Source: Squalus acanthias (Eukaryota). From it: DNA of 64,000 nucleotides. Positions 36,104 through 50,205 of the stretch are shown here, one piece after another. The DNA lies in contig CM059433.1 of NCBI GenBank assembly GCA_030390025.1, forward strand, positions 496,001 through 560,000. The letters run 5' to 3'. Below the pieces are notes generated by a model. It had not been told where the DNA came from. It saw nothing but the letters and a program-made list of their open reading frames with translations, and made no database searches. Numbering within the stretch: position 1 is the stretch's first letter; the number at the start of each line of letters is the position of its first letter. The translations under genes and the position numbers were made by a program.

Positions 36104-39100
36104 TCAACATTTCCTATTACTGGTAAATGCTTCAGTGTTGCATGATTTCATATTAAGGCACACATTAGACTGAAAAACTGATCATATTCTATTTGACCTT
36201 AACTGTGATAGTGACAAATGTATCTCTTGTGTAATCATATTGATGCAGAAACTTATTACTGCGGTGTGAATTGTTAATGGGATCTGCAACCGATACAATC
36301 GCTGCTTCAAATTTACATTGAACAATATTATGTTCCGGACTGTAACGGCCTGATTTATTAAATTATAATGTACAATATGAATTTTTGATTAAAACTGTGA
36401 TACGATAATGAATTATCTGATCTACTGAAATATGGAATTAGAAGTTTTTTTTTCTAGCACATACAATAAGAATCTGTCATTTTTTTGAAGAATAATTTGT
36501 TGCTCTGAATTTTAACTATTGTACTACACTTTCAGACACTATACCGTAGGCTGGCATCAATGTGAACCGATAGCTGCTGACTGAATTTGGTGACTTTTTA
36601 TTTAAGTAAAATTATATATTCTACAAATCTACTTTGAAGCAAGGATTCTTAGAGTATTTAAATCAGCGGTTATCTATAAATCGTACAATATGCAGGGCAT
36701 GTATCCGGTCTTTTATATTGACACACACCTGTTTAAATAGAACTGAATGATTGCTGTGTATTGGCCATAGCTACACAGGAGAGCATGGCATGCCATCAAG
36801 TATCCTCATGATTTGATACTCCTGGTGCGAGTACAAATCATTTTATAAAGTGCATCTTAAAATTGGCAAATAGACCAAACACACATTTCAGAATATACCA
36901 GATAGCGTATAACACTACAAAAATACAGGTTTTGGTTTTGTCAGAGCTCAATCACTGGAGGAAGCAATCTGTATCAGTTACTTGAAATTTTATACTAGGT
37001 TAGAACGGACCTTCAAATCTCAGAATGAGAATATTGCAACTTGGCTTGAATATATTTGTAATTAAAAAGCATAACAGAGACCAATTCAATAAAATGTTGG
37101 TTTAGATGCAATGGCCTCCTTCTAAGAGCTTATCTGATGATGTTTGGTGGACTAATTCAGTACAGATTTGTGATTTCATAACTGAAACATTGATTTAGTC
37201 CGGAATCTGAACAGACACATGTCAGCTGTTGGTTTTAAGCTGTTAATACCATACATCTGTCCTGTGGGTTGGTGTCTTGACACCTATAGCAATGCTTAAA
37301 ATTCAGGAAAGTCTGAGAGCTGAACAATGACAGCTCAGAAACTGCAGGTCTCAAAACCATTTTCGGGAGAGGCTGTGAGAACTTTTCCCATTTTAGCCCC
37401 AACTGTAATCAGGCTTCAAAAATATATTTTTTAATACTTTTATTTATTTTTAAGTGATTACCACTGCTCCTGGCTTGTGTAGGCTCTTGTGTGTCAAGCT
37501 TCATTCCATCACAAATTTCTAAATTCTTAGTAGTGATATTGTAGGACCCTGTTCATACAGAATAAGCCAATCTTCATGGTTGTAAGGTCTTGCAACTGGA
37601 ACTCAGCAACCCAGAAATGATCCAGTGACAGCAACCCCATCTCCATTATGGCCCTGACTGTGCAAATACAAGGCCTCAACCTTCAGATTCTAAAATGTTA
37701 CTAACTGTTAGTAAAATTTAAATGTAAAAAATGGCTAATGTAATAGGCACACTTAATTTGTTACTTTCATGCACTTTATATATTAGTTTGTGCATCAGTT
37801 TTGATTCATTAACAGGAGAAATTGGCAGTGTGTTTAAACCTTTAAGACATTGTGACTTTGGACATGCTTTATGTACATCAGGTAATTAACTGGTATATAA
37901 TTCTACCCTTGGGATACAGTTATTTGACTATTACCCCCCCCCCCCCCATCATCATTAGCAAATTGTCTTTGGTTCCTTGTAGATTTGTGCAAGCACATCA
38001 AATGACTAAATACACATGTGTAAACTGGTTCTGTATTGCTCTCATTTTGCGCCAGTGCTACTGGCTTTCTACACACAGGCCTCACGCAGACGGCGACTGC
38101 ACCAAAGTAAAAGTTATCAAATTGCTAAGTCTACGAAGACACAATTTTGTGCTCGTGAGTCTGATAGGTTTACTTTGGATTTGTTGCCACCTGCTCAAGC
38201 CCTGCTGTTGGGAGACAATGAGACTGAGTGCAATGTAACTTTAGTCTTGACTCTCTGCATAAATCAGCTTGCAGTCATGAGCAATGGTTACGCATAAAAG
38301 TGAAAACATGAGCAGTACTGATGAATTGGCATTAGATATCAGCAGTGCTTTTTCATTTATTTTTATTCAGATATTAGAAATGTTTAGTGACAGTAAAAAA
38401 GTTACTGTGCACTTGATGATTGATTACAACAGTCTCAACATCCTCCGATAATTCAGCAGCTCTGTGTTCTTATTGTTGGTGCAGTATTAGAGTATGAGAT
38501 AATACATCACAACACATCCGCTGTCTGTTAGATTTTAAGGAATGCTTTTAAATGGTTCAAACTCAAAACAGCAGGTCCTTAACCTCAGACCAATGAAAAA
38601 TGTGTAACAGGAAGGCAGCAAAGTAATTCAATACTTAAAGAATTCAGTAGGGTTGGTTAACAGCAGCCAGGGTTTCTGAAGGTTGGGTCAGACTAGATAG
38701 CTGGAATTCAGCATCTAAAATATTGTATTTTCAAGCTTATTTTATGCAGTTCATCTCAGAGACTGGTTTCATACTGGGGCATAATGACAGAATTTTAATG
38801 GTTAGAGGAAGGATTTTCTCTCTTAACAAACCACCATTTTGAACCTTATGGTGAGGAAAATACCCAGACGTGGAATAGCAAAGAACTCTTGGTGTTGTGC
38901 ATAATACACAACAGCTGAAGACCGTTGTCTTTATCGGCTGACAAAAGGCAGTTAACAATCTCCCCAAAGCAATCAATAATCACAATTAAGCAAGTGGAAA
39001 AACTCCATGTTCAAACTTAATTGTGTTGCCAATATAACCTGACAGCAGACTTGTAACTAAATATCTTTTTCCGCTCCACTCTTAAGATGCAGCACCTAAA

Positions 39101-39384
39101 TCTATTTTCCGTATGATTTCACCCAACGTCTGTTGTGAAATTCTATCGAAAAATTGTTTATCCATGCAGAAAAAGTGATTTTTGCAATTGAATTTACCCG
39201 TTGATAGCTTGAAATAATAATCAGGGAAGCTCCATTTAATCTTACCATGCACATTCATAATACTGAGCCTGGATTATTTCTTTGGGTCTCATTATATCCA
39301 CAGTATTAATCACTGTTCAACTAATGGAAAAGTAGTCACTAACATAGTGGATGAAGTGGGCTTTGGCATAAGGATAGTGTAGAC

Positions 39385-39815
39385 TCATAGAATGGTTACA
39401 GCACAGAAGGAGGCCATTCAGCCCATCGAGCCCATGCCAGCTCTCTGCAAAAGCACTTCAGCTAGTCCCACCCCCCCACCCTTTCCCCGTAGCCCTGCAA
39501 ATTCCAGATCATAACCACTCGCTGTGTAAAAAAGTTTTCCCTCATGTCACCTTTGGTTCTTCTGCCAATCACCTTAACTCTGTGTCCTCTGGTTCTCAAC
39601 CCTTCTGCCAATGGGAACAGTTTCTCTCTATCTACTCTGTATAGACCCCTCATGATTTTGAACACCTCTATCAAATCTCCTCTCAATCTTCTCTACTCTA
39701 AGGAGAACAACCCCAGCTTTTCTAATCTATCCACGTAACTGAAGTCCCTCATCCCTGGAACCATTCTTGTAAATCTTTTCTGCACCCTCTCTAAGGCCTT
39801 CGCATCCTTCCTAAA
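39385..39815 (-). mobile_element. CR1 3' end with internal deletion
   Basis: RGDLIEVFKIM...FFTQRVV; catagaat tail. Confidence 0.9.
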
Positions 39816-39819
39816 ACTC

Positions 39820-40458
39820 AGAACTTGCGATCTGTCAAGAATTTTCTTGACAGATCCTCCGCATCATCGGGGAAAAAGGCATCCGCGGGCTATTTGCCCA
39901 GCGAATGCCCGTGAAATTCTTACGCCTGGTAAGAGCAGGCGTAAGGTCTGCTTTTACCAGCGTAAGAGTTTTAAAAAACAGAAAAATAAAATTTTATCAA
40001 TAATTTATACATTTAAAAACGTGTGAAATAAGGTAAGTTTATTTTTAGGCCCTTTAAAACATGTAAATTTATTTTTCAAAAAATTAAATTTTTCTTTTTA
40101 AATATTTAATTATATGCCATTTTAATTAATTTGAAATGTGATTTTATTTTTATTTATTTGAAGCATGAGGTATTTTTGGGGTTATTCCCATTCATACTTA
40201 AGGGATTTCCGTACATACGGAATCTCCATAAGCATGAATGGGGATTCCCTTCTTTCATTCGTTGGGCTGGCCCACGTGATCCCAGGGGCGCTTGCGAACC
40301 GCCTGCTCCCCGGGATACGTGGGCCTCTTCCCGCAGATACCCAGAGAGGCCCAGGACCATGAGTCTCTGTACCTCCCGGACCACCAGCTAGGCGCAGATT
40401 TTATTCGCGGATCGGAGGCATTTCCCCGCGGGAAGCCTCCGACCGCAAATTCAGGGCC
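39820..40458. mobile_element. Harbinger-type MITE (family M2, partial copy B)
   Basis: Shares both hairpins and the AT-rich core with 16862-17883; end gcaaattcagggcc. Confidence 0.7.
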
Positions 40459-42309
40459 TGTATTTCTCAACTCCATTAGATGGCCAACTATTTACAGGAT
40501 TCAAAACTGTTTGCCCACCCAAGTACATCTGCCAAGCAAACATGTACTATAAACAGCCCCACAGCATGCTTGTATTTGAATGGACTGGCTTGAACCATCG
40601 ATCAGCAATTAATTTACTCATAATATTAAGACCTTCCTGAACAATGCCTGTGCCCTTGAGGTGTATATATCAGTCTGAGATGTGTATATTTTCAGCCTGC
40701 AATAATGGCTAGCAGTAACCAGTTATAGCAAGAAAGAATAATACATAACATACCATTGACAGAAATGTGTTATTTTTGCCACATGAACAGTAGATGAAGC
40801 CTGCTATAACTTAAGAATTGCGTGGTGCAAAAACATGTGAAAATAATTTTAAAATCAATTTGCGTGTGCTGCTGTGCTAAAAGAAGTCTCCAGGCTCCAA
40901 AGACTTCTGTTTTATATTGCAGTTCTATGTTTAATTTTCACACAAGCTATTTTTAGAAACAAAACATACAAAAAGATAAAATGTGTAGTTTTTCTAGTGA
41001 CCTAATAATAACGGCTATATCTTGTTTTGGGGAGATTATTAACTGACTTTTTTCACCAGACGATATCGGGAGCTTTTTGTTGCATATTGCGCTGGAAACC
41101 AGGAGCTCTTTGCTTTTCTACGTCAGTTTTCCTTTTTCATTCTGCAGAGTTCAAGATGGTAGTTAACCTACAGTAAACTATTCTATTTAATCACTATCAA
41201 CACCTAATTTTTAATAATTCTAATTAAAATACCTGTTTATATTTCTAGATCCTGATGCATTAAGCAGCAGCACATAGCTGTGTAACAAAAAAAAATCTGC
41301 TTTCTCCAAAGCTATTGCCAGGTAGGTGAAACTTTTTTTTGTATGAGCTAATTAGTATTAAGCACTCCATTAGAGCATGCTAGTTTCCTTTTGAGTTACA
41401 GCTATTGACCACAGTGAATGTCTGTTACATGCATCTATCTCGTGATTTATAGAATACTCCATTGCCTGAAATGACAGATGCCTATCTGGCATGCTATGTA
41501 CATAATTATCATCTCAACTCCAATCATGTACTCGAGGATGTGTACTGCACTCTAACGACGATGCTCTTGCCACCTGCTTACCCATTTGTGAACCTCAGCC
41601 GTTATCTGCAACTATTGTCTGGAAACGGGTGGCTGACCAAATACTTGAGTCTAACCCAGCAAGAAGAGAAAAAAACAACAGCTTCTCTTTTGTTCTAAAG
41701 CTTCCCTTCCTCCAAATGGGGCTGATTTGCACGTTCCACAATCTGTGATGCGCAGTCATCGTTTTTTTTCAGAAATGCTTCTATATTTTTCCACAGGTTT
41801 GAAGTGCTTGCTTCATTCATGTTTTTTTTTAAAAGGTAGCTTGGTGGTTATACAGTGCTGTTAGTTTATAGTGACCGACAAATTGGAATTTTTGAGACAA
41901 AATGCTAGAAGATTGTTTATTTAGGATGAGAATTTACAAAAGATCTGTGTGCTGGAGCGGCTAGTGTGTGCAATTATTTGATATAAATGCCACACTTTCC
42001 CTGTTAGTTATATTGGTGCTACAGTGTAGCTGCAGGCAGCAGTGCTGCTGATGATGAGAAACGTACATGTTTTGTAGTCGCAGAACATTTTGAAATTGAA
42101 CAATGCCGCTCGTCTTTAGTAACTTTAGAATCCTTACTCCTTGTATGACTGAATGCAACATCCGTTTTATCAATATTTTAGTTTTTTTAATTCAGCTTTG
42201 CCTTTCCTTAAACAATCATCTGAGAATTATTTTGAAATTCTGATTGCTTTTCTGTTATTACAGTGATGATGCCACTGAAATGTTGAGAAGCTTTATTACT
42301 ATTTTAGTA

Positions 42310-44430
42310 TGTTAAAATACAAATTGGGGTTATGAGCATCCTATTATAGGAAGGATAATTGAGCTTTGGAAAGGATACAGTGAAAATCCACTAGAATGAT
42401 ACCAGGAATGAGAGGTTATAGTTATGAGGAAAGATTTGAATTTTTGTTTTAACTGGAATAGAGAAGGCTAAAGGGGTTCTAATCAGGGTTTTCAAGAATG
42501 TAAGAGTTTTTTTTAGAGAGTTTTTTAGGGAACCAAGGGTCTAGTGAGAAGGAGGAATTAAAGGAAATTAGTATTAGTAAAAAAATAGTGCTGGAGAAAT
42601 TAATGGGACTGAAAGCCGATAAAGCCCCAGGGCCTGATAATCTGCATCCCAGAGTCCTAGAAGAGGTAGCCATGGAAATAGTGGATGCATTGGTTGTCAT
42701 CTTCCAAAATTCTATAGATTATGGAACAGTTCCTGCAGATTGGAGGGTGGCAAATGTAACCCCACTATTTAAAAAAGGAGGGAGAGAGAAAACAGGGAAC
42801 TACAGACCGGTTAGCCTAACATTAGTATTAGGGAAAATGCTAGAGTCTATTATAAAGGATGTGATAACAGGACACTTCAAAAATATCAATGGGATTAGAC
42901 AAAGTCAACATGGATTTATGAAAGGGAAATCATGTTTGACAAACCTACTGGAGTTTTTCGAGGATGTAACTGGTAGAATAGATAAGGGAGAACCAGTGGA
43001 TGTGGTGTATTTGGATTTTCAGAAGGCCTTTGATAAATTCCCACATAAGAGGTTAGTGTGCAAAATTAAAGCACATGGGATTGGGGGTAATATACTGGCA
43101 TGGATTGAAAATTGGTTAACAGACAGGAAACAGAGAGTAGGAATAAATGGGTCTTTTTCGGGGTGACAGGCGGTGACTAGTAGTGGGGTACCACAGGGAT
43201 CAGTGCTTGGGCCCCAGCTATTCACAATATAAATCAATGATTTGGATGAGGAAACCAAATGTAATATTTCCAAGTTTGCTGACGACACGAAACTAGGTAG
43301 GATTGTGAGTTGTGAGGAGGATGCAAAGAGGCTTAAAGGCGATTTAGACAAGTTGAGTGAGTGGGCAAATACATGGCAGATGCAGTATAACGTGGATAAA
43401 TGTGAAATTATCCACTTCGGTAGGAAAAACAGAAAGGCAGAGTATTATTTAAATGGTGATAGATTGGGAAATGTTGATGTACAGAGGGACTTGGGTGTCC
43501 TTGTACACCAGTCACTGAAAGCAAACATGCAGGTGCAGCAAGCAGTTAGGAAGGCAAATGGTATGTTGGCCTTCATTGCAAGAGGATTTGAGTACAGGAG
43601 CAAGGATGTCTTACTACAGTTATACAGGGCCTTGGTGAGACCACACCTGGAGTACTGTGTGCAGTTTTGGTCTGCTTACCTAAGAAAGGATATACTTGCC
43701 ATAGAGGGAGTGCAGCGAAGGTTCACCAGACTGATTCCTAGGATGGCAGGACTGTCGTATGAGGAGAGATTGGGTCGACTAGGCCTGTATTCACTAGAGT
43801 TTAGAAGAATGAGCGGGGATCTCATTGAAACGTATAAAATTCTGACAGGGCTAGACAGACTGGATGCAGGGAGGATGTTTCCCCAGGCTGGGGGGGTCTA
43901 GAACGAGGGGTCACAGTCTCAGGATATGTTGTAGGACATTTAGGACTGAGATGAGGAGAAATTTCTTCACTGAGGGTGGTAAACCTGTGGAATTCTCTAC
44001 CACAGAAGGCTGTGAATGCCAAATCACCGAATATATTTAAGAAGGAGATATAGATTTCTAGACACAAAAGGCATCAAGGGGTATGGGGAGAGAGCGGGAA
44101 TATGGTATTGAGATCATATTGAATGGCGGAGCAGGCTCGAAGGGCCGAATGGCCTACTCCTGCTCCTATTTTTCTAAATAGTGAAAGATTGTTGCGACTG
44201 TTTAGCAGACCATAATGAGGGGGCATGGGATCAGCAATTTCATTGGAAAAACATAGGGGAATGTTAGAAGAAATGCTTTACCGCAAGTGGCCATTGAGAA
44301 GGAGACTAACATCATTTAAAAGGAATTGGTGAAGTGTTTGAAAAGGAGGATTATAATAGGAAGCAGGGAAATAAGACTGGAATGAATTGCTCTAATTGAA
44401 GAATCAGCACTGGTAAATGACCTTGTTCTG
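42310..44430 (+). mobile_element. Young CR1 (about 42527-44175) nested in an old degraded CR1 3' end
   Basis: RT ORFs 42588-43166 and 43242-43901; decayed CR1-like flanks on both sides. Confidence 0.92.
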
Positions 44431-44809
44431 TGCTTTGATTTTAAAACCTTTTTCCTTCCCCCAGTTCTCTCTCCCTTCATCACTTCTTGTCTGATTTCCA
44501 TATTTAGGCATTGATTTCATTTTTTTCTTACTAAATGCAAGATCGTTCATTCATAACATTCAAGTTTGATCTGGTGGCATCATTAGAGCACACAATGGTT
44601 TTCCAGCTAACATTTTACACTACACATGCTCAAGAAGATAATTCATGCAAAGCCCAGGCAGCTGATTATGTCCAAGGATTAACAATAAATCTGCACACTT
44701 TTTGTTGCATGAGTGCTTTGGTAGTTCTGAAAGGGTTGATATATTTAGACGATTTCTTAAATACACACACTATTTTATTTCTTATCAATTTTCTGCACTT
44801 GTCTCCTTT

Positions 44810-45135
44810 GTTGAATACCTCATTGGGGTATGGGAAACGTTTCTCTCCAGTATTGACAAGTGGCCATTATTCAGATCTGCCTCTTGATGGTGCAGAGTGC
44901 ATCACCACTAAACCTGACTGTCCTCACCTGAGGTCCATGCATACACATTTCAAGCAAGAGTCTCTGGAAAGTAATTAGGAGCAAGAAGCCGGGCTGTTTT
45001 TTTCCCTTCTCAACGCTGGAACCCTGAGACCAGTTGTGTATGTGGTCGAGCAGTGCTTTTACCATGCCTGGCTCAGAACTGATCTGTATGTCTCAGCTAA
45101 TCACACAGCTAACACTCTGAGCCACTAGGGGAGCT
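44810..45135 (-). mobile_element. AmnSINE2-like SINE, degraded
   Basis: caagtggccatt...tgtcctcacc...ggagcaagaagcc, shared with the 35400-35825 and 61080-61485 copies. Confidence 0.5.
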
Positions 45136-47437
45136 GCATGCAATACTTGGTTATCTTTTTCTATATTGATTTCTGAAAAAAGCCACTTTACCATTAGAAC
45201 AATTCTAGGCACCAGTTCAAAAGCCCTTTTTGTACTTGCATGTTTGTTCAGAAGTCATTTATATATTAGTGATTTCCTGTATGTAAAAATGCAGACGCGC
45301 TTGAAGGTGTTGTTACACAAACGGAGTTCTTTATATCCCATTAAAAATTATTGACTGGCTTACTTACAGAAACAATCTTGGTACAGTTCTAACTATGTAA
45401 ATTGCCAATTCTTACTAGAAAAGGCCAGCACTAAGATATCAAATTTGGTTACTAAGAATTGGTACATAAATCTATACTGACCTCTGGTAGTCAAGTTTGG
45501 TACCGCAGCCTATCTGAGAAATATTTGAGTGTAAATTGAATATGATTGACTTTATTTTACTGAGAATCTGTTGTAGATACAATTGGGTTTTATGTATGAG
45601 GCAATAATTTTTAAATGCATCAATTTTTATGAAATGCTCATATGAATTATTGTACATTTGCTTGAGGTTTTTCCTCTATTCTCTATTTTTCCTTAGTCCC
45701 TGTTATCTTCCCACCCACCCCACTGCAGTGCACCAACTGAGGACAAGCAGGTTACTTTTCACCCATTCCTTCACCACTGTTGCTCTGGCCAGCTGCTGGT
45801 AGGTAAATGAATGATCAGGACAGCTTTGCTGCCATCTGTCAAGCAGGGCAGCTGTATCAGTAACTCAACAGAATAAATGTTAGCTGTATCCCATTGTTCT
45901 GGGACGCTGCATATTTGTACTCCAGTGCGTTTGCTCAGTGTGCTGCCCTTTGCAAGTGTTTTTAACTAGTTTTTTTTAAAACAAGGAGCGGGTTGAATGA
46001 CTAGGAAAAATATGTTTATCATAAGTTAATGTACACTGGTATCGATGGACTGCTAGTAATTTTTTAAATTCAGGACATGGACTTGTAGGGCACATGAAAC
46101 AGAGTAATGTTCTATCATAGAATTCATCCACAGCTAGGCATAAGATTATGAAAATCCATTTCAACATTTTTGAATTACGTATATCAGATTGTTGATATTC
46201 AGAGAGATGGACTTTGGCAAAGATAAGTGCAAAGTTTGTCTTTGACCCCAAACTTCTGATTCCATCAAACAACATTGAAACAATTGTTTATAATCCAGGA
46301 TATCTCCAAGTCATTGTTAGTGTAGCCACTTTACATCATTCTCAACCTAGTGGATAGAATTGTTATCTCCATTGTGTGGTGTGATTAGAATGAAAACAAA
46401 TACACCTTTTACGTTAGTCATTGCCATTAAATAGAGGATAACAGATAGTGTAAGTAAATTACAGGACAGTAACCTACTTAATGCTCCGATGATGCCATAA
46501 ATTGAGAGTCAAGTGTGAGCATCATCTGAACTCCAGGATTAGAGTTGTGCTTTAAATTAATTTAGAAGTATCTATTTGTAGTTATACCATTGTGCTGCAG
46601 ACTGTTATATTTGACATTGACGGTATTCTGATGCCATTTGAAAAATAATGTTGCACGATGTATGATCTGATATTGACTTTTATGTTCTAAACCAGAAAGT
46701 ATTTTAGATCACATGATTGCTATGGTACACTGTTATTTGTAATTCGATTGTACAGTAAGATGTCCAGTAAGATGTCATGTTGTATAAGGTGTACTATATT
46801 TTCTGTTGCTGTGAGCCTCCTCGTTAGCAATGGCTGTGATACAGAACAATGAAAGGTTCATAGTCTGAGTGAAACTGTGCATCTGCCATGCGTTTAGCAA
46901 CTGTTCTCAGCGAGTCAAACCCATCCTTAAGGCTTAATCCAATCGATATTGCAGCTGTCAGTGCTACAGGGGTACTTCAGTTTCTGAGGTGAAATGGGAG
47001 TCACTTCAAACTTGCTCTCAGTATCTTGTGGCCTCCTGCTGTGGCCAGATTATTGTATTGTTTTGTTTCTTAAGTGCTCTGATAATCAACTTCCACTTGG
47101 TATCTGGCAGGTTAGAAGATGCCACACCAACGGCACTGTACCTCAGAAACAGGGATCTTTGACTACCTTTTCTTTTTCTTCTCTTAAAATGCAGAAATAA
47201 GTGTTGTATTTGCATGCTTCAAACCAAGGCCAACAGTCACTTTCTCTAAAGTGTACAAGTGAAACGTGTCAAGCTGTCCTACATTTATCCTCCCCAGAGA
47301 AATGTTGCACTATATATAACTAATAAGAGTATGAGTAGTTTTTGGACCAGCACTTTTGTACTGCATGCCCCATATTTGCGTGCTTTTATTAAATATACAG
47401 TATCTCTATAGATGGTCATCTCACCATTTGTGTCTTT

Positions 47438-47457
47438 CCCCCCCCCCCCCCCCCCCC
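47438..47457. repeat. Poly-C tract
   Basis: About 20 C. Confidence 0.9.
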
Positions 47458-47664
47458 TAAGCTGGGTAATAGTTATAATCTGTCGTAGCTAATTTCAATC
47501 AAGAACAATTGTTCTCAGGTGGCCACAATATTAAAAGACTTCGAGTGGCAATCATTGCATCTTTCCAAACTCCTGGATAAGCTCTCTATTTCTATGTTGT
47601 AGAATGTGCATCTTTCTTGCACTATAGTGAAAGGTAATTTATTTACTTTTATGTATAAAATTGA

Positions 47665-48045
47665 AGAAGCTGCATTTATAAAGCATGTTATCACATCCTC
47701 AAATATTTCAACGCACTTCACAACTAATGAACTACTGGTCACTATTGTTACAAAATCAGACACAACAGCCAATTGCAGACAGCAGGATTCCACAAGCAGC
47801 AAATTAAATGAATAACCAGTTAATCTATTTTTTTCTGGTGGTACTGGTTGAGGACGAATGTTGGCCAGGACATCAGGAGACCTCCTTACTGCACATCTAC
47901 CTGAAACGATGGACGTGACAGGGCCTTGGTTTCATTTCTCAACAAAGCACTTCCTCAGTAACACACTGATGTATTAGCCTGGAGTAGGGCTAGAAACACC
48001 ACCTACAGACTCAGTAAGTGTGCTATCAATTGAGCCAACAGCTGA
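47665..48045 (-). mobile_element. Deu-domain SINE (SacSINE1-like), degraded
   Basis: L2-type tail (tgcatttata), central ttggccaggacatcaggaga...gggccttggttt, tRNA-like head (tgctatcaattgagcca). Confidence 0.65.
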
Positions 48046-48589
48046 AGAACTAGGCTGCTCCTATCTTCCTGTTATTTCCATCAATTTTATAGTAATTTAA
48101 CTCAAAGTGCTGAGGATTTCTTTGGTCAATATGAATATTTCATGAAGTAAGTTGGAAACCGATTCTTCAAAATGTAAGTTCTTTGAAACTGCCACATAGA
48201 GCGAAGTACATACACAGAAATGTTACCTGCCTAATATTTGAGGGATCATCAAAAAGAATTATCCTAGTGAGTCAGTTTCCATATTTCAGTGCTTTTGTAA
48301 TGTAATTTTTTATTAGCTTGCAAGTTTTAAATTTATTAACAAAAATTACCTTTTTCAACTAAATTGATGGAGCTGCTATAAAATATGAATTGAGGAAACA
48401 TCAAGCCTATTCCTTCCAGAGCCAAAAAAGGCGTATGAAATTGCACTCTAGGACGAGAGCCCTGTTTCCTGGATGCGCATATTGGGAAATCGTGGGCATG
48501 CGCCCCACAATTTATCACCCACTAATTTTAATCAAAAGAAGGTCATGAGGAATGCAATCATGATTTCCCAATTATGTATTCTGATGAGA

Positions 48590-48990
48590 AATCAAGCATC
48601 ATGAAAAGGATGACCGTTCAGTTGACAATTCTGTGTTGTGCTGAGCACTGGATTATGATGATGGCACAGAAGCAGATGTTGGATGTGTTTGGAATGCACT
48701 GTGCAAGGAAGGTGTTGACTTTCAACTGGGAGAACAGAATGACCAACACTGGAGTAATGAGAAGCAGTGGCCCGTATGCAGTAAGAGAATGTGTTACAGC
48801 AAGTAAGTTTTGATAGGTAAGGTATCTGCTTGAAGATTGATAGCCTAAAAAAGTGATGGAATAGGTCCCAATTGGAAGGTCAAAGCTAAGATGGTGGGGT
48901 TGTGTACAGGAAGACCTAAACGAAAGAGTGATTAAGGGCAGACAGTTACTGGAATTGGCAGAGGAGAGAGTACGATTTTGAGGTCTTCTG
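48590..48990 (+). mobile_element. Ancient RTE-clade LINE C-terminal fossil
   Basis: TILCCAEHW...LDVFGMHCARKVLTFNWENRMTNTGV resembles RTE LLYGCETW...LDVFEMRCLRRIL...W.DRVTNEEV; later PKKVME...KLRW...VQEDL. Confidence 0.7.
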
Positions 48991-50205
48991 TTGCCTACTG
49001 GCAGACTGGTTATAACAACTGACTGCTGAGTTCCCAGCATTGGGCACCAGTTAAGATCTTAAGGACCAACTCCACTTGGCTACCAATACGAGCTGCTTGG
49101 GCAGGGAGCTGCTGAATGGAGTCCAACTGTTTCCTGCAGGAGGAAGAGAAATCAGGACAGGATGTCCTCACTAGCAACCTGCTGCAAGCCTGTTGGCAGC
49201 AGCCCAAAGAGCAGGATTGGTAGTGATCTCAAATCAGGTCCCTTATTGGCCTTTCATTGGCAGAGACTTGGCCCTAAAGAATCTGTGAAGAGGAGAAAAT
49301 GAGAGGAAATCCAAAGGCCACGCTCCTTCATTTAAAGTTTTATTTAAATGCAGAGTGTTACCTTCAGATGACCTGTCCACAGTTCTGTAATTACTGTATT
49401 CAATAGTAAACAGCCTTTTTTTTCCTCCTACGATTACTGTGAATCATTGCTGCCTAATTGGATTAGGTCAAAAGTTTATACCGTCATTGCTTTTTTCTTT
49501 CTTTAGCTTGTTAAGCTTTCTTTTATAAAAGAAAGAGTTATGTAGTTAGTAACTTCCCCCTTCTCCAGTTGCATTTAACTTTTGTCACTGTTTGCTGTTG
49601 GTCCCATACTGTGAATGAATTGACTTTTAACTTTTAGCCTCTTGACTGTTCAATCATCCATGACACGTAGTTCTATTTACCACAATAGACCTGGACCTTT
49701 TGTGCTTGCTGCTCCACTAATCTTTCGTTTATTTGACAAGCTACCTGATTAGAAGCAAATGTTGAGTGGTATTGGGACCCTCAACATTCAGTCAAGCAGC
49801 TTATTCCATTGCTATTTAGGTCAAAGTATTCAGGTGAAAAAAACACCTAATTAAATTCCCAGCAATTATTTATCAGAATATCGGTCCGCACTAGATATTT
49901 TTCAGAACCACCAGTATAATCTCTTGCAGTGCTGCAATGTGATAGAGAGTTTTAGTTTTCCGTTAATATTGCACTGTTAGGTGCAAAACACAGTTTAACA
50001 TTTTGAAATGGTGAGGTTTTAGTTTTTGCTGTACCAATGAAAATATTGAAACAGAAGTAAACGAAACCGAGAACATATTGGCATCACATAAGACAGCTGA
50101 AAAGATCCCAGCCTTTTTTGGATGAGGAAGTATGCGCTTTTAAGGGAGCATCACGATGAGGGAAAGGATGAGCCTCAACGCCAACCCTTAGATATATGAT
50201 TTATG

